Source of the DNA: Massalongia carnosa
Lineage: Eukaryota
Direction of reading: 5' to 3'
NCBI GenBank assembly: GCA_965645245.1
Contig: OZ287083.1
Location: 1,550,001-1,614,000 of the forward strand
Length of the DNA: 64,000 nucleotides
The notes beneath the pieces are model-generated. The model had not been told where the DNA came from. It did no database searches and saw only the letters and a program-made list of their open reading frames with translations. Shown one piece after another: positions 61,979 through 64,000 of the stretch (positions within the stretch are counted from its first letter, which is position 1; every line of letters begins with the position of its first letter). The position numbers and the translations under genes were made by a program.

Positions 61979-63438
61979 TCATCCAGTCGGCTGCCGAGCT
62001 CCCTTGACACAGTACGCCTCTCCAAGAAGGAGGTTCGTGCAACTGGCATCTAGGCTCGGGTTCCAGAACCGCAGGTCCGAGAACGTCACGCCGGTCTTGG
62101 TACCGACTACGAAACACGTGTCCATGGAGACGACGGTGTAGTACTGGTAGCATTGGGCCGTGGTGCCTTGAGCGAATCGTTAGCATCATAGCGGAAACTG
62201 TGTCAGTCGATCGATGCTCGGAAGCTGGATAACTAGGAGAGGTGGAGGCGCGCATGCTCACCTGGTGGGGTCGAGGTCGGTGGGGTTACGATGGTCTGCG
62301 TCGCGGAAGACATTCCCTCGCCCGAGGTTTCTCCTCTCGATGTGGAGGTCGGAGCCGAGGACGATGTTGTCGCTGTCGCTGGCAGCGTCCCTCCCACGTT
62401 ACCGCCTGTGGACGCGAGGTCGCCGACGCAGATGTTTTGGCCCAGGATCAGGTTGGTGCAGCCAGCATCTAAAATGCTGTTTTATCCTGTTAGTGATGCT
62501 AGACGTTTTGACCAACCAAGACTTGTCGCTTACGGATTTAAGGCGCGGATCTGAGCGAAGGAGATTCCGTTGTCGGCGGCCAGTGACGTGCAGGTGTTGC
62601 CGGACTGGACGACATGCGTCTTGCAGGTTTGGGGCAGGCAGAGTTTCTGGCCGATGAAGAGGCTTGCGCAGCTTTCCGGAAGACTGTTGGTGGCGATCAG
62701 GGTGCCGGTTGAAACCTTCTGGGCTTCGGCGATCTTCTCGCAATTATCTCCGCTGATTACCGTGTAGAAGTTTCCAGAAGCACAGGTTGGATTTGAAGTC
62801 GCGGTTGGGATGGTGCTAGCTGAGCTGGACGATTTGAGAGAAGACGCAACGGTACTGGATGGACCCAGTGACTTGGCGGAAGAAGCTGAAGTATTGGCGT
62901 GACTTGTTGTTTTGCTTGAGGAGCTTAAGGTTTCGCTGGACGTGCCTGCAGGTTTGCTGGAAGAACCTGATTTTTTGCTGGATGAACTGGGCAAGCCATA
63001 AGCGTTCAAAATTTCGCTGGATGAAGTGGGCGTGCTATGAACGTCCACGGACTTGCTGGACGAGGCGGGCGGGTAATATCCCTTCAAAGGCTTGATGGAT
63101 GGACTGGGCGTTCCGGCTGTCAAAAATTGACGCTTGCTGGATGCATTGAAATGTTCGAGCACGTAACGATGAGGCCAGGTACCGGTTGGCTTGGCATGTC
63201 CATGATTATGTATGCACTCCGACGGAGGGAACCTGGAGTCCGTTGGATGAACGACATAGCCATGAGCCGCAGGTGTCGGGTGCGGCTTCGCAGTCCCAGA
63301 TGGATGAGAAGCGCCGCCAGTCTGGTGCGCGAGAGCTGGAGGGAAATAGTCGTTGTAATAATGAGGAAGCGCAGCTGAGTAGGACAACGCAAACACGGAA
63401 AAAGCAACATACAGGATGGCTAAAAGAGTGTTTGCCAT
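61979..63438 (-). CDS. Secreted LysM-domain protein (3 LysM, Ser/Thr-rich linkers)
   Basis: Signal peptide; YTVISGDNCEKIA..L.IGQKLCLP, HVVQSGNTC..LA..LNP..CTNL.LGQ.ICV, YYTVVS.DTC..FWNPSLD..CTNL..G..YCV. Two introns; no catalytic domain. Confidence 0.88.
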
Positions 63439-64000
63439 GGTAAAGAACGACTGGGACTAAAAGCTGAAGAATGAGCGTGGATGAAGGTTGACGGATGGAG
63501 GCGTTGGATGAAGATGTTATATGGTTTCCAACTTGCTTGGTGCCAAAATACAATCAAAATGTCCGACACGCCATTCCCACCTCCCGTCACTAATTATAGG
63601 AGCGCCAGCATCAAAGTTGGCACGACGGGAAGACATGAATGCACGCAGGGTACGGAGTATATACTACTGAGTACTCCGCAGAACCCGTGAAGCCCTTCCT
63701 GGTTATTCCAAGCCATCCAGGCAGCAGCCAATTTTTTTCAATCAAAAACCAACGAGTTGAAACCCGAGCACATGCGTGACTTTCCTCTCTCGATTTGTGG
63801 ACGTGCGTTCGATTAAGCCCTGGGTGTAATATCGCGCACTGTACAGAGTACGGGATTCATCCCAGGCATTGCTCTTCTTCTGAATATTTCTCTGGCTGAA
63901 CCGACTTCGAACACCCAACGCGACGCTGGAACTTGGAAGTCCAATCCAAGCACGGAGGGACTGGTTGTGTCGTGCTCTACCGAGAATGGGGTTTCTGATG

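Overview
Gene-dense window from a filamentous ascomycete (Pezizomycotina): short GT-AG introns with CTRAY branch sites. It holds about 20 host genes: a thioredoxin-like membrane protein, GH75 chitosanase, HAUS4-like, PTH2, CON-6, MRPL24, SNU66, MNN11-like, mitochondrial aspartate aminotransferase, YPD1, an AKAP7-like 2H phosphoesterase, a SAS3-type MYST acetyltransferase, NDUFA1, DUF3429, VPS13, a HIT protein, a LysM protein and small secreted proteins. There are two pseudogenes (P450, arylamine N-acetyltransferase) and several young transposons. These are a partial MULE at the left edge, a complete MULE with 9-bp TSD just upstream of PTH2 carrying a piggyBac-like element nested in its right TIR at a non-TTAA site, and a 5'-truncated LINE with an 11-bp TSD. 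The main finding is an intact 10-exon NLR-like gene (N-terminal helical domain, NACHT, ankyrins). It is fused in frame to a C-terminal USP7/Ubp15-like domain whose three catalytic residues are all substituted, a candidate fungal NLR with an integrated pseudo-deubiquitinase decoy. Family assignments come from manual motif recognition; no database searches were run.
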